This document shows positions 12,188-23,500 of a stretch of DNA of 64,000 nucleotides, piece after piece; the stretch's first letter is position 1; each line of letters opens with the position of its first letter. This DNA is from an uncultured delta proteobacterium. GTDB lineage: Bacteria; Desulfobacterota; Binatia; HRBIN30; BPIQ01. The notes under the pieces were generated by a model, which did not search any database, was not told where the DNA came from, and was given only the letters and a program-made list of their open reading frames with translations. Location of the stretch: positions 96,001 through 160,000 of the forward strand of contig CAVXGR010000021.1 of NCBI GenBank assembly GCA_963761335.1, written 5' to 3'. The position numbers and the translations under genes are program-made.

Positions 12188-12288
12188 CGATCTCTCGCCC
12201 TTTGCCCGCTGCGACGGCGAGAATCAACCTGTGGGCGCAGGTTGCCCCCTCGGGCGGGCTGTGGTTAAAGCCCCGCCGGAGGAGATCC

Positions 12289-12468
12289 ATGCTGCAGGTA
12301 GGCGACGAGGTCATCGTGATGTCCGCCGCCGGCCATTTCCACATCGTGGCCGTCGACGGCGAGATCCTCACGATCGAGAACGACGCGGGGCTGCGCAAGC
12401 AGGTCCACTTCGCTGCCGTCCGCCGCCGGCCGGTGAAGGAGCCGCCCAGCAACGGCGGCGCCCACTGA
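12289..12468 (+). CDS. Small (59 aa) hypothetical protein, possibly KOW/SH3-like
   Basis: Strong GGAGGAG RBS; MLQVGDEVIV...FHIVAVDGEILTIEND has a beta-strand pattern; codon use is host-like. Confidence 0.6.
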   Translation: MLQVGDEVIVMSAAGHFHIVAVDGEILTIENDAGLRKQVHFAAVRRRPVKEPPSNGGAH

Positions 12469-12580
12469 TCGCGTCTGGGCACAGTGCGTCATGAGCCTGC
12501 GGCTCACCAACAGACGATCAAAATGAGGCTGGGGATCTGCCCCGTAGAGAGATTTGGCGGTTCTCGCCTGGGCGAAGTTC

Positions 12581-12849
12581 GCTCCGGAGGGGCGGTGGCG
12601 TGTAGCCCCGGGTGAAACCCGGGGAAGAATGCGCGCTCCGTCAGGCGCGCCCCGGCAGGGGCGCGGGCAAGTTTTCGTCGATGTCACGCCTGTGCGCCGA
12701 TGGTCACCGCTGGGTTGCGTGGGAAGCTCATCGACTTGATTCACGCGGCCTCTACGCCCGCGCCCCTGCGGGGCGCTGATCTGGGCCGACCGGAACGCGG
12801 TCCCCGGGTTAACACCCGGGGCTACATGCCTGCGCCCCTCCGGGGCGAT
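12581..12849. repeat. REP doublet (REPIN-like) of the GTAGCCCCGGG...CCCGGGG family
   Basis: gctccggaggggcg...tgtagccccgggtgaaacccgggga (12581-12625) is inverted relative to tccccgggttaacacccggggctacatg...cgcccctccggggcg (12801-12848). The same family occurs at 27449-27800. Confidence 0.85.
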
Positions 12850-12910
12850 AAGCCTCCACGCCAAGCGCCGGTACGCTCCGCCAGACCTTCACCCAACAGA
12901 TTTTCGAAGC

Positions 12911-12981
12911 AGGCAACTTTTCGTCGCCGATCGGTGACTGCTTGATCGAAGCGGCGCTGTGCCGAAAAGGAGCCTGTCCCC
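12911..12981. repeat. Degenerate GGGGACAGGC-terminated small inverted-repeat element
   Basis: aggcaacttttcg ... cgaaaaggagcctgtcccc matches the intact copy at 32063-32137. Confidence 0.65.
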
Positions 12982-13011
12982 TTCTGCAGCCCTAAGGCAC
13001 TTGCATCGCCG

Positions 13012-13422
13012 CTAGCTGCACGCCGGCGCCGTCTCCACCAGCGCCGTGCCGATCACCAGCCGGTCGCCCTCGGCACTCTCCATCCAGACGTCGCACCCGA
13101 TGGCACTGCCGCCGCCGGGGATCTCGCGCCTCTCGGTGACGTTGCCGCGCACGTGCACCGTCTGCCCGGCGACCACCGGAGCGCGGAAAGTGGTGCCGAG
13201 CTTGCGAATGCGGACACCGGGTCTCCAGTGCAGCAGCGCTCGCGCGATCAGCGCCAGCGACAGGTTGCCGGGGGCGATCTGGCCGGGAAGGCCCTCGGCG
13301 CGCGCCTGTGCTGCGTCGGTGAAGCGGCCGAAATCCATGCCGATGCCGCGGGCGTAGCCGGCGACGAATTCGGCGGAGAGATCGACGCTCAGCTCGGGCA
13401 GCTCATCGCCGATGTCGATCAT
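13012..13422 (-). CDS. MaoC-like hotdog-fold dehydratase subunit
   Basis: FTDAAQARAEGLPGQIAPG...FRAPVVAGQTV; overlaps the upstream MaoC-N gene by ATGA. Confidence 0.8.
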   Translation of the reverse strand: MIDIGDELPELSVDLSAEFVAGYARGIGMDFGRFTDAAQARAEGLPGQIAPGNLSLALIARALLHWRPGVRIRKLGTTFRAPVVAGQTVHVRGNVTERREIPGGGSAIGCDVWMESAEGDRLVIGTALVETAPACS

Positions 13423-13886
13423 CGCCGCGGCGCGTCTCCCTTCTGCATCATGCGCGAGTCGACCGTGGCCACCATCTCGCCGCGCTGGTTGGTGAGCGCC
13501 GTGCGGAAGACGATGAAGTACATCGGTCCGGAGCGGCCGGTCTTCTCGTAGATGTCGTGAATGCTCGAGGAGATGGTGATGCGATCGCCGGGGCGGATGG
13601 GCTCGCCGAACTCGATGTCCTTGCCGGCGTCGAAGCCGAGGCGCCGCATCTGGCGGACGACCTCGCCGGGAGCGAGCTTCTCGCCGCGCAGCCGCACGAC
13701 GAAGCTCGGATGCGCCACCAGGCCGCCGTACGGTCCGGTCGCGGCGGCGCTCTCGTCGAGGTAGATCGGGTCGCTCTCACCGAGGCTGCGGGCGTAGGCG
13801 ACGAGCTCCGCGGCGGTGACCGGCCCGTAGGTGGCGCTGTCGTACTCCTTGCCGATGAGGCTGCGGTCGATGTCGAGAAACGACAT
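13419..13886 (-). CDS. MaoC/FAS1-like dehydratase N-terminal-type subunit (HadA-like)
   Basis: YARSLGESDPIYLDE...GGLVAHP...IEFGEPIRPGDRI...DIYEKTGRSGPMYF...NQRGEMVA. Confidence 0.85.
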   Translation of the reverse strand: MSFLDIDRSLIGKEYDSATYGPVTAAELVAYARSLGESDPIYLDESAAATGPYGGLVAHPSFVVRLRGEKLAPGEVVRQMRRLGFDAGKDIEFGEPIRPGDRITISSSIHDIYEKTGRSGPMYFIVFRTALTNQRGEMVATVDSRMMQKGDAPRR

Positions 13887-13940
13887 GGTCCCCGATGACT
13901 ATCTCATTGCAGAAATACGAGGAAGTCCCACGCAACGGCG

Positions 13941-14699
13941 CTACGGCGCAACCTCGCCGCAGCGGCGCAGGGAGCGCTCGGCGGCGCGCCGCAGGCTCGC
14001 GTCATTGCTGGCGGCGGCGCGGCGGAGGGCGTGGCGCACGGCCTCGCTGTCGCCGGCGATATCGCCGAGCCGCCCGGCGGCGGCGCGCCGCAGCCCCGGG
14101 CGATCGCCGGCGAGCAGGCGCAGGGTCGCCTCGCGAAAGCGGGCGTCCGTGGGGGCCAGGCGCGCCAGTGTCGACAGCGCTGCCATGGCGACGCCGTCGC
14201 CGGCGCCGTCCAGCGCCGCCAGTGCCGCCTCGCGCACCGCCTCGCTGTCCTCGCCGAGATCGCGCAGGCAATAAAGGGCCATCTTGCGCAGTTCCGGGCT
14301 TCCGCCGCGCGCGGCGCCGAGGAGATCGTCCGCCGCCTCCGGGCATTCGCGGACGAGGCGTACGGCGATCGTCGCCGCCGCCCAGCGCACGTCGCCGTCA
14401 ACGCTGCCCAGTGCCTCGAGCAGCGCCGCGCGCGCCGGGAGCAGATCGCCGCCGAGCAGCGACAATGCGTAGGCGGCGCCCCAGCGCCGGCCCGGCTCGG
14501 GTGCCGCCATCGCCGCGATCACCGGCTCGCGCACCGCGACCCCCGCCGCCGCAAGCCGGGCGCAGGCCTCGGCGGCGCGCCGCTGCACCCGTTTCTGCGG
14601 GTGGCCGAGGCACTCGACCAGAGCGGCGACCTCGGCGCTGCCGGCATCCGCGGTCAGCGCCTCGATGGCGGCGAGGCGCTGGCTGGCGTCGTCGCTCAC
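13941..14699 (-). CDS. HEAT-repeat protein
   Basis: Repeated LVECLGHPQKRVQRRAAEA / LLEALGSVDGDVRWAAA / LRRAAAGRLG helices. GTG start 14699 overlaps the LplA-like stop (GTGA). Confidence 0.8.
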   Translation of the reverse strand: MSDDASQRLAAIEALTADAGSAEVAALVECLGHPQKRVQRRAAEACARLAAAGVAVREPVIAAMAAPEPGRRWGAAYALSLLGGDLLPARAALLEALGSVDGDVRWAAATIAVRLVRECPEAADDLLGAARGGSPELRKMALYCLRDLGEDSEAVREAALAALDGAGDGVAMAALSTLARLAPTDARFREATLRLLAGDRPGLRRAAAGRLGDIAGDSEAVRHALRRAAASNDASLRRAAERSLRRCGEVAP

Positions 14700-15763
14700 G
14701 CGGAAAGTCCCCGCGTGATCATGTCGGCGATGGTGCGCAGGCGGCCGATGCCGAGAATGTAGTTGTGCGGATCGCTGTAGATCTCGTTGGCGACCGCGTC
14801 GATTGCCCGCCAGTCGGTCGGGCAGAGGCGCAGCTCGTGCTCGAGCCGCTCGATGCCGGCGGCGTTGGCGAGAAAGTCTCCGGAGAACATGATCTCCTTG
14901 ACGAAGCGCTCCTGCTCGAGCGAGAAGCTCGCCTCGAACGAGCCGAGCTGTACCCACAGGGAGGCGCGGCGATCGAGCTCGGGCCGCGGGCGTCGCTGTT
15001 GCAGCCAGCTGTCCGAGGCGAACTCGCGGGCGGCGACTGCCTCGATGGCGCGCGTCTCCAGGGCGGTCAGCGGGTGCGGGTCGCAGACGAGGCCGAACTG
15101 CTTGCAGAACCCACGGCGCAGCATCTCGGCGATGTCACCAAAGGAGAGGCGGGTGCGCAGCTCGCGCAGCAAGGAGGTGGTGGAATCGGGGGTCAGCATC
15201 TCGATCTTGATCAGACCCCCGGGGTCGACCCGTTCGAGCAGCGTGGGAAGGATGCTGAAGTCGCGGGTGTTGGCAATGACCGCCTCGAACAGCAGCGCTC
15301 CCGCCTCGTCCGTCTCGAACGATACCAGCCCGAGAACGCGGCGGTCGACGGTGATGAAGTCGCGGCCGGGATAGAAGGCGGGGACGTTCACCAGCTTGCA
15401 GGCCTCGAGGATGCCGCGCACATAGCGGTTCATCACCTGGTACGGCGCCAGCACCAGCGGATCGTCGGAGTAGAGCGCCGAGCGGTGCGGCAGGACCAGC
15501 GACAGGCCGATGAAGCCGTCGCCGAAGGGCACGGCGCGACCGCCGGTGTGCCGCCGCCACAGCCGGGGAGCGGCCGCCTGGTCGTTGGGCGGGGCGAGGT
15601 GATAGCGGCCGATCGACACGGCGTCACCGCCGAAGCTGTAGATGCGCAGCACCGCCGGGCGCATCCGCGAGGCGCGCCGCACCGCGGTCATGAAGTGGCG
15701 GTCTGCCGCCAGACTCATGGCCGGCTCGATCTTCTCCTGGGTGACGAAGTCGGCGGTGATCAT
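14696..15763 (-). CDS. Lipoate-protein ligase A-like protein (divergent)
   Basis: LRIYSF..DAVSIGRYH, RRHTGGRAV, TTSLLREL, and an LplA-type C-terminal domain (IMFSGDFLA). Confidence 0.75.
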   Translation of the reverse strand: MITADFVTQEKIEPAMSLAADRHFMTAVRRASRMRPAVLRIYSFGGDAVSIGRYHLAPPNDQAAAPRLWRRHTGGRAVPFGDGFIGLSLVLPHRSALYSDDPLVLAPYQVMNRYVRGILEACKLVNVPAFYPGRDFITVDRRVLGLVSFETDEAGALLFEAVIANTRDFSILPTLLERVDPGGLIKIEMLTPDSTTSLLRELRTRLSFGDIAEMLRRGFCKQFGLVCDPHPLTALETRAIEAVAAREFASDSWLQQRRPRPELDRRASLWVQLGSFEASFSLEQERFVKEIMFSGDFLANAAGIERLEHELRLCPTDWRAIDAVANEIYSDPHNYILGIGRLRTIADMITRGLSA

Positions 15764-15986
15764 CGGCTAGCCGGGATCATCGCTTCCCCATCGACGGCAT
15801 CGGGGGGAGGGTTCACAGATCGATAGTACCGCCCGGCCGGGTGGCAGCGGAAGAGCCCGGGGCTGCATCGGACGGCATCGTAGGCGGAGGCCAGCGCCGG
15901 CGCAATCGGGTGCGCCGGTCTTTGACTTTGCAGGCTGATGTGGGAACAAAGGCGCTCCGAGCCGCTGGCCCCTCCCGCCGAACGAA

Positions 15987-16817
15987 ATGCGCACCCCGAG
16001 CGAGCACACCATCGAGGCCAATGGCCTGCGACTCCACTACCTCGAGTGGGGGAAGGCGCCGTCGCCGACACTGCTTCTCATTCACGGCGGCTCGGCGCAC
16101 GCCCACTGGTGGGACTTCTTTGCCGCGGCGGTCGCCGATCGCTACCGCGTCGTCTGCCCCGACCTGCGCGGCCACGGCGACAGCGGTCAGCCGGAGCCGG
16201 CGCGCTACGAGATCGAGGACTATGTCGCCGACGTGGCCGCAGTCGTCGAGGCGACCGGCGCCCGCCGCCTCGCCGTGGTCGGCCACTCGATGGGCGGCGC
16301 CGTGGCGGCGGCCTATGCGCACCGCGCCGGCGATGCCGTCGAAGCCCTGGTGCTCGTCGACATGCGGGTGCGCACCGGCGCCGGCAGCCGCCGCTATCTC
16401 GAGCGGCTGGCGCAGGTTCCCCATCCCGTCTATTCGTCGCGGGCCGAAGGCGTTCGCCGCTTTCGGCTCCTGCCGAGTGCCCACGGTGCCTCGCGGCCGG
16501 TGCTCGAGCACGTCGCCGCCCACGGCCTGCGCGATCTCGCCGGCGGCCGCAGCACGCCGAAGTTCGCGCGCGCCGCCCTGGCGGCTGCTGCCCTGCGCGA
16601 CGTCAGCGCCGAGCTCGGCGCCCTCTCCTGCCCGCTCCTCTTCGTGCGCGGCGCACACAGCACCGCGGCGCCGCCGGCGGCCGCGGCCGAGGTGTGCGCC
16701 GTTGCCCCACAGGCGCGCGTGGTGGAGATCCCCGACGCCCACCACCACGTCATGCTGGACAATCCACAGGCCTTCGAGCGCGCCGTGGCGGGCTTTCTGG
16801 ACGCGGCGCTGGGCTGA
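15987..16817 (+). CDS. Alpha/beta hydrolase
   Basis: [32 protein letters not shown]. Confidence 0.92.
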   Translation: MRTPSEHTIEANGLRLHYLEWGKAPSPTLLLIHGGSAHAHWWDFFAAAVADRYRVVCPDLRGHGDSGQPEPARYEIEDYVADVAAVVEATGARRLAVVGHSMGGAVAAAYAHRAGDAVEALVLVDMRVRTGAGSRRYLERLAQVPHPVYSSRAEGVRRFRLLPSAHGASRPVLEHVAAHGLRDLAGGRSTPKFARAALAAAALRDVSAELGALSCPLLFVRGAHSTAAPPAAAAEVCAVAPQARVVEIPDAHHHVMLDNPQAFERAVAGFLDAALG

Positions 16818-16864
16818 CCCCGGCGCGTGGTACAATCACCTGCGGATGGGGAAGGGGAAGCGCG

Positions 16865-18559
16865 ATGGCCGCCGATCTCAAGCACCGCAGCCGGGCTCTC
16901 ACGCAGGGACCCGACCGCGCCCCGGCGCGGGCGATGTTCAAGGCGATCGGCCTGGGCGATGAAGACCTCGAGCGGCCGCTGATCGGCGTCGCCAACACCT
17001 GGACCGAGGTGATGCCGTGCAACTTCCACCTGCGCCGTCTCTCGGCGAAGGTGAAGGAAGGCATTCGCGCCGCCGGCGGCACGCCCATCGAGTTCAACAC
17101 CATCGCCGTCTCCGACGGCATCTCCATGGGGACCGAGGGCATGAAGTGCTCACTGGTGAGCCGCGAGGTGATTGCCGACTCGATCGAGCTGGTGGCGCGA
17201 GGCCATCTCTTCGACGCCGTCGTGGCGCTTTCCGGCTGCGACAAGACCATCCCGGGGACGGTGATGGCGCTGGCGCGCCTCGACCTGCCGTCGCTGATGC
17301 TCTACGGCGGATCGATCGAGCCGGGGCGCCTCGGCGGTCGCGACCTGACCGTTCAGGACGTCTTCGAAGCGGTCGGCGCCTACAGCGCCGGCAGGGCCAC
17401 GGCAGAGGAGCTGCGCGCCGTCGAGAACGCCGCCTGCCCCGGGCCCGGAGCGTGCGGTGGGCAGTTCACTGCCAACACCATGGCGATGGCCTTCGAGATC
17501 ATGGGCATCTCGCCGCCGGGGACCGCCAGCGTGCCGGCGATGCATCCGGCCAAGGACGAGGTCGCCTTCGCCACCGGGGAGCGGGTGATGGATCTGCTGC
17601 GGCTCGGCCTTTCGGCGCGCCGCGTCGTCACGCGGCCGGCGATCGAGAACGCCATTGCCGCGGTGGCCGCCTCGGGCGGCTCCACCAATGCCGTCCTGCA
17701 CCTCCTCGCCGTCGCCCACGAGGCCGGCGTCGACATTGGCATCGACGATTTCGGCCGCATCAGCGAGGCGACGCCGCTGCTCGCCGATCTCAAGCCCGGC
17801 GGGCGTTTCGTCGCCACCGATCTCTACCGCGCCGGCGGCGTGCCGCTGCTGGCGCGTCGTTTGCTCGATGCCGGCCTGCTCCACGAGAGCGCCATCACCG
17901 TGAGCGGGCGCAGCATCGGCGAGGAGGCGCGCGCCGCCGTGGAAAGCCCGGGGCAGGAGGTGGTGCGGCCGCTGGCGGCGCCGCTCAAGCCGAGCGGCGG
18001 CTTGGTCATCCTCAAGGGCAACCTCGCCCCCGAGGGTGCCGTGGTGAAGATCGCCGGCCACGAGCGGCTGGCGCACCGCGGGCCGGCGCGGGTCTTCGAC
18101 TGCGAGGAGGATGCCTTCGCCGCGGTGCAAGGGCGGCGCATCGCCGCCGGCGACGTGGTCGTCATTCGCTACGAGGGCCCGGTCGGCGGCCCGGGGATGC
18201 GCGAGATGCTCGGCGTCACGGCGGCTCTCGTCGGCCAGGGCCTCGGCGAGACAGTGGCGCTGCTGACCGACGGACGCTTCTCGGGCGCCACGCGCGGCCT
18301 GATGATCGGCCACATCGCCCCGGAGGCGGCGTGCGGCGGCGCGCTCGCCATCCTGCGCGACGGCGATCCGATTCTCATCGACGTGGCCGGCCGGCGGGTC
18401 GACGTCATCTTGAAGGACGACGAGATCAACGCCCGGCGTCGCGCCTGGACACCGCCGCCGCCGCGCTACACCGGCGGCGTCCTCGGCAAGTACGCGCGCT
18501 CGGTCTCCTCCGCCTCTCTCGGCGCCGTCACCACGGAAAGGCAGGTTGTTGGTTGTTAG
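16865..18559 (+). CDS. ilvD: Dihydroxy-acid dehydratase
   Basis: [64 protein letters not shown]. Confidence 0.97.
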   Translation: MAADLKHRSRALTQGPDRAPARAMFKAIGLGDEDLERPLIGVANTWTEVMPCNFHLRRLSAKVKEGIRAAGGTPIEFNTIAVSDGISMGTEGMKCSLVSREVIADSIELVARGHLFDAVVALSGCDKTIPGTVMALARLDLPSLMLYGGSIEPGRLGGRDLTVQDVFEAVGAYSAGRATAEELRAVENAACPGPGACGGQFTANTMAMAFEIMGISPPGTASVPAMHPAKDEVAFATGERVMDLLRLGLSARRVVTRPAIENAIAAVAASGGSTNAVLHLLAVAHEAGVDIGIDDFGRISEATPLLADLKPGGRFVATDLYRAGGVPLLARRLLDAGLLHESAITVSGRSIGEEARAAVESPGQEVVRPLAAPLKPSGGLVILKGNLAPEGAVVKIAGHERLAHRGPARVFDCEEDAFAAVQGRRIAAGDVVVIRYEGPVGGPGMREMLGVTAALVGQGLGETVALLTDGRFSGATRGLMIGHIAPEAACGGALAILRDGDPILIDVAGRRVDVILKDDEINARRRAWTPPPPRYTGGVLGKYARSVSSASLGAVTTERQVVGC

Positions 18560-18660
18560 GTTGTTGGTTGTTAGGCAAGAGACTAAACCACAACCACCAA
18601 CCACCAACAACCAACCACCAACCACCAACCACCAACAACCTAACAACCTAACAACCTGCC
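18540..18660. repeat. Inverted array of 7-8-mer tandem repeats (GGTTGTT[A] versus AAC[A/C]ACC[T])
   Basis: Four GGTTGTT(A) units at 18544-18573 and about ten AACCACC/AACAACC(T) units at 18586-18657; the ends are complementary (ggcaggttgtt / aacaacctgcc). Confidence 0.9.
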
Positions 18661-18667
18661 TCTCCCC

Positions 18668-19705
18668 ATGCGTCTCTTCGTTCCCGGCCGCCTCTGCCTC
18701 TTCGGCGAGCACTCCGACTGGGCCGGGGAGTTGCGCGCCGGCGATCCGTCGATTGCCGCGGGGGCCTGTCTGATCGCCGGCACGGATCAGGGAATTGCGG
18801 CGCACGCCGCCGCCGCGGATGCCTTCGAGATGGTCTCTCGCCTTCCCGACGGCAGCCTGCGCGGGCCCTTCGGCGTGCCCATGCAGATGGCGGCGCTGCG
18901 GCGCGCCGCGACCTCCGGCGATTTCTTCAGCTACGCCGCCGGCGTCGCCGCGGAGATCGCGGCGCAGTACTCGCCCGGAGGCGTGCGCATCGAGGTCGAG
19001 TCGATGACCCTGCCGATCGGGCGCGGGCTCTCTTCCTCGGCGGCGATCTGTGTGCTGGCGGCGCGCGCCTTCAACCGCGTCCACGGGCTGCAGATGAGCC
19101 TGCGGCAGGAGATGGAACTCGCCTACCGCGGCGAGCGCGCCGCCGGCTCGCAGTGTGGCCGCATGGACCAGGGCTGCGCCTTCGGCAAGCGCCCGGTCCT
19201 GCTGCACTTCGACGGCGACCTTTTCGAAGCCGAGCCGCTCTCGGTGGGAGCGCCTCTGTCCCTGCTGATCGTCGACCTGCGCCGCCGCAAGGACACGCGC
19301 CGCATCCTCGCCGACCTCAACGCCGCCTTTCTCGCCGCGCCGGGGCCGGCGCGGCGAGCCCTGCGGTGCGCCCTCGGTGCGCAGAACCTCGAGCTGGTGG
19401 CGGGCGCGCGCGCCGCCCTCGAAGGCGGCGATGCTCCGCGGCTCGGCGAGCTGATGGGCGAGGCCCAGGATCTGTTCGATCGCGCCGTGGCGCCGGCGTG
19501 CTGGGGTGAGCTGGAGGCCCCGGGACTGCACGCGCTGCTCTCTCATCCGGCGGTGCGCCGGCTCACCTGGGGAGGGAAGGGCGTCGGCTCGCAGGGAGAC
19601 GGCGCCGCCCAGCTCGTCTGCCGCGGCGCCGAGGAGCGCGCGGCGCTGGTCCGCGCCCTCGCCGGCGAATCCGTCGACTGCCTGCCGCTGACGATCGCTC
19701 CGTAG
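18668..19705 (+). CDS. GHMP-family kinase (galactokinase/mevalonate kinase-like)
   Basis: PGRLCLFGEHSDW, LPIGRGLSSSAA, CGRMDQ, GGKGVGSQGDG. Confidence 0.9.
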   Translation: MRLFVPGRLCLFGEHSDWAGELRAGDPSIAAGACLIAGTDQGIAAHAAAADAFEMVSRLPDGSLRGPFGVPMQMAALRRAATSGDFFSYAAGVAAEIAAQYSPGGVRIEVESMTLPIGRGLSSSAAICVLAARAFNRVHGLQMSLRQEMELAYRGERAAGSQCGRMDQGCAFGKRPVLLHFDGDLFEAEPLSVGAPLSLLIVDLRRRKDTRRILADLNAAFLAAPGPARRALRCALGAQNLELVAGARAALEGGDAPRLGELMGEAQDLFDRAVAPACWGELEAPGLHALLSHPAVRRLTWGGKGVGSQGDGAAQLVCRGAEERAALVRALAGESVDCLPLTIAP

Positions 19706-19791
19706 CGGCGCTGCGGTCGGAGTGCGCGAGCAGTCCACTGCAGTCCACTGCGGAAATCGCGGTTCGCCGCCGGACGTGCTATAAGCACAGC

Positions 19792-20208
19792 ATGCCTTGC
19801 AAGCGCATCTGGTTGCTGTGCGGGCTCGCGATTCTGCTGGCGGGAGTGGTTGCGAGCTGCTCGCGGACGGAGCCGGCGGCCCCCACGTCGTCGATCGCTC
19901 CCGCGGATCTGTACCAGCGCCTGCAGGCCGGAAAGGCTCCGGTGATCCTCGACGTGCGCAGCCCGCAGGAGTTCGCCGCGGGACACATCGTTGGCGCCAT
20001 CAACATTCCCGACACCGAGGTGCAGCAGCACCTGCCGGAGCTGAACAAGTACCGCGATCAGGAGATCGTCGTCCATTGCGCCGGCGGCAAGCGCGCCGCC
20101 AGGGCCGAGAAGGTGCTGGTCGGTGCCGGGTTCTCACACGTGCTGGATCTGCAGGGCCACATGAACGGCTGGAAGGCGAAGGGCCTGCCCACCGAACCGT
20201 CGCCCTGA
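19792..20208 (+). CDS. Rhodanese-like domain lipoprotein
   Basis: Lipobox VVASC, then ILDVRSPQEFAAGHIVGAINIP and the active-site loop HCAGGKRA. Confidence 0.9.
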   Translation: MPCKRIWLLCGLAILLAGVVASCSRTEPAAPTSSIAPADLYQRLQAGKAPVILDVRSPQEFAAGHIVGAINIPDTEVQQHLPELNKYRDQEIVVHCAGGKRAARAEKVLVGAGFSHVLDLQGHMNGWKAKGLPTEPSP

Positions 20209-20515
20209 GCGGCCCACCCGCAGACGATCAACGCAGGCGGCGGTCGGAGTGCTCCCGCACCCCGTGCTCGCCGAACCTGCGCCCGCTTCGCTGTTTGGCA
20301 CGGCGAGAACGCCTGCGCCAGCTGCCGCAGTGGCGGTGACGGCGCGCCGGTAGTCGGGCGATTTTGCCGGCTCTCCATCTCCGCTCACCGGTTCTCCACT
20401 CTTCATTGCCCCCGGCGGTCAAATTCGTCCTTGTCATGACCGGCCAGGGCGTACTAATCTCGGCGGACCGTGCGGCCGGGGGGGTCGCGGCGGGACTTCG
20501 GGAGGGGTTCATTCT

Positions 20516-23500
20516 ATGCGGCTAACGACCACCTGCGCGTACCTGGGCCTGCTGTTGGCCTTGACTGCCGGCGAGAGCGGGGCAGTCGGATCTTTCGTCA
20601 CCTTCGAGAGCGGCCAGGTGCGGCCGCTGGCGATGTCGCCGGACGGCAACACGCTGTTCGCTGTCAACACTCCGGACGATCGGCTGGAGACCTTCTCCGT
20701 CGATTCTTTTGGCCTGACCCATACGGGGTCGGTGCCGGTCGGCATGGAGCCGGTCGCCGTCGCGGCGCGCACCAATACCGAGGTGTGGGTGGTCAACCAC
20801 CTCTCGGACAGCATCAGCATCGTCGACATGAGCCTGGTTCCGCCGCGGGTGATTCGCACTCTGCTGGTCGGCGACGAGCCGCGCGACATCGTCTTCGCCG
20901 GTGCCGCCCACGACCGCGCCTTCATCACCACGGCGCATCGCGGCCAGAACGATCCCATCGATCCGCAGCTCACCACGCCGGGAGTGGGGCGCGCCGACGT
21001 CTGGGTGTTCGACGCCATCAATCTGGGGCTGTCCCTGGGCGGCGACCCGCTGACCATCATCACGCTCTTCGCCGACACGCCTCGTGCCCTGGCCGTCACC
21101 CCCGACGGCTCCACGGTGTACGCGGCCTCCTTTCTCTCCGGGAACGAAACGACGGCGGTCTCCGAAGGCGCGGTGTGTGACACCAGCGACGCCAACGTCA
21201 ACAATGAGGTGGTGGAGCTCGCTTGCAGCATCCAGGGCGTCACCATGCCCGGCGGGCTGCCGCTGCCGCACCACAACTCCGCCGGCGACCGGGCCCCGGA
21301 GGTCGGGCTGATCGTCAAGTACGACGGCAGCCACTGGGTGGATCAGCTGGGCCGCAGCTGGGACAACGCCGTCAAGTTCTCGCTGCCCGACGAAGACGTC
21401 TTCTCCATCAATGCCAACGCCACCCCTCCAGCGCAGACCGGCTTCTTCACCCATGTCGGCACCATGCTCTTCAACATGGCGGTGAACCCGGTGAACGGAA
21501 AGGTGTACGTGACCAACGGCGAATCGCGCAACGAGGTGCGCTTCGAGGGGCCGGGCATCACCAGCACCACGGTGCAGGGTCACCTGGCCGAGTACCGGAT
21601 CACGGTGCTCGACGGAGCGAACGTGCTGCCGCGCCACCTGAACAAGCAGATCGACTACAACGTTCGCCCGGCGCCGCTGGGGGTGAAGGACGACAGCCTG
21701 GCGACACCGCTGCAGATGGCGATCACCAGCGACGGGCAGACGCTCTACGTCGCCGCCTTCGGCTCGAGCAAGATCGGCATCTTCAACACGGCGCAGCTGG
21801 AGAACGACACCTTCACGCCGAGCGCCGCCAACCACATCCCGGTGAGCGGTGGCGGCCCGAGCGGCATCGTCCTCGACGAGGCGCGGCAGAGGCTCTACGT
21901 CCTTACCCGTTTCGACAACGGCATCGCGGTCATCGACACCGCCACGCACAACGAGATCGACCACCTGTCGCTCTTCAATCCGGAGCCCCCGAGCGTCGTC
22001 AACGGCCGTCCGTTCCTCTACGACGCCTACTTCACCTCCAGCAACGGCGAGGCCTCCTGCTCCAGCTGTCACGTCTTCGGCGACTTCGACAACCTCGCCT
22101 GGGACCTCGGCAATCCCGACGACGTGATGATCCCCAACCCGCTGACCAAGAAGCTGCAGCAGGTGGCGCAGCTCCAGGGGACGAACGTCGATTTCGACAA
22201 CTTTCATCCGATGAAGGGCCCTATGACCACGCAGACGCTGCGCGGGCTCAAGAACCACGGGACCATGCACTGGCGCGGTGACCGCGTGAACCAGAACGGC
22301 AACGTCTACGACTCCGACGTCGCTTTCCGCAACTTTCGCGTCGCCTTCCCCGGCCTGGTCGGCCGCGACTCGCAGATTCCCGAGTCCGACATGCAGGCCT
22401 TCTCCGACTTCGCCCTGCAGATCATTCAGCCGCCCAATCCCATCCGCGCGCTCGACAACTCGTTGACCGCCGACCAGCAGGCGGGCAAGAACTTCATGAC
22501 CGGCAGCCGACGCGCCGATGGCATCTTCGTCGGCGGCGGCACCGGCTTCAACTGCGTGGGCTGCCACGTGCTCGACGCGTCCAACGGATTCTTCGGCACC
22601 AACGGCGACCAGAGCTTCGAGAACGAGACACAGGTTTTCAAGGTCGCGCAGCTGCGCAACATGTACCAGAAGGTGGGCATGTTCGGCATGCCCGGCGTCG
22701 ACTTCTTCAGCAACCATTCGGGGGAGAACAACTTCATGGGGCCGCAGATCCGCGGCTTCGGTTTTCTCCACGACGGCAGCGTCGACACCGTCTTCCGCTT
22801 TCTCCACGCCAGCGTCTTCGACGACGGCGGGACCTTCAACCCGGTCGGCTTCAACGGCGGTGACACGCAGCGGCGGCAGGTCGAGCAGTTCATCCTCGCA
22901 TTCGATTCCGACCTGGCGCCGATCGTCGGCCAGCAGGTGACCCTGACCAGCACCAACGCGGCCGCCGTCTCGGCGCGCATCAGTCTCTTGGAGCAGCGCG
23001 CCGGCGCCGCCTTCGTCCTCAAGGGGATGCCGGGTGCGACCGAGTGCGACCTGGTGGTGAAGGGCGTCGTGGCCGGCGAGATGCGCGGCTGGGTGCGCAC
23101 CGCCGCCGGAACCTTCCAGAGCGACCGCGCCGCCGAGTCTCCGCTGACCGACGCGCAGCTGCGGGCGCTGGCGGCGACGCCCGGAGAGGATCTGACCTTC
23201 ACCGCGGTGCCCCCGGGCTCGGGCGTGCGCACCGGCATTGATCGCGACGAGGACGGTTATCTCGACCGCGACGAGATCGACGCCGGCTCTGATCCCGCCG
23301 ATGCGGCCAGTATCCCGGGCTCGGTCCCCTCACCGACCCCGACGGCGACGACCACGGCAACCGCCACCGCGTCGACGACGATGACCTCGACACCGGTGTT
23401 GACGCCGACGATCACCAGCACGCCGATGGATACCGGAACACCCACCATCACCTCGACGCCGGGGGACACGCCGACCGTGACTCCGCCGCTGCCGACCTCG

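Noticed and set aside
18540..18660. Possible CRISPR array
   Set aside because: The units are 7-8 bp with no unique spacers. No cas genes or repeat-spacer array were seen anywhere in the window.
19731..19750. cagtccactg x2 direct repeat
   Set aside because: A single 10-bp duplication with no other copies or context.
20295..20312. Sigma54 promoter (TTGGCACG) upstream of the di-heme genes; similar candidate at 8352-8371
   Set aside because: The first has no TTGC at -12, and the second has GG-to-GC spacing off by one.
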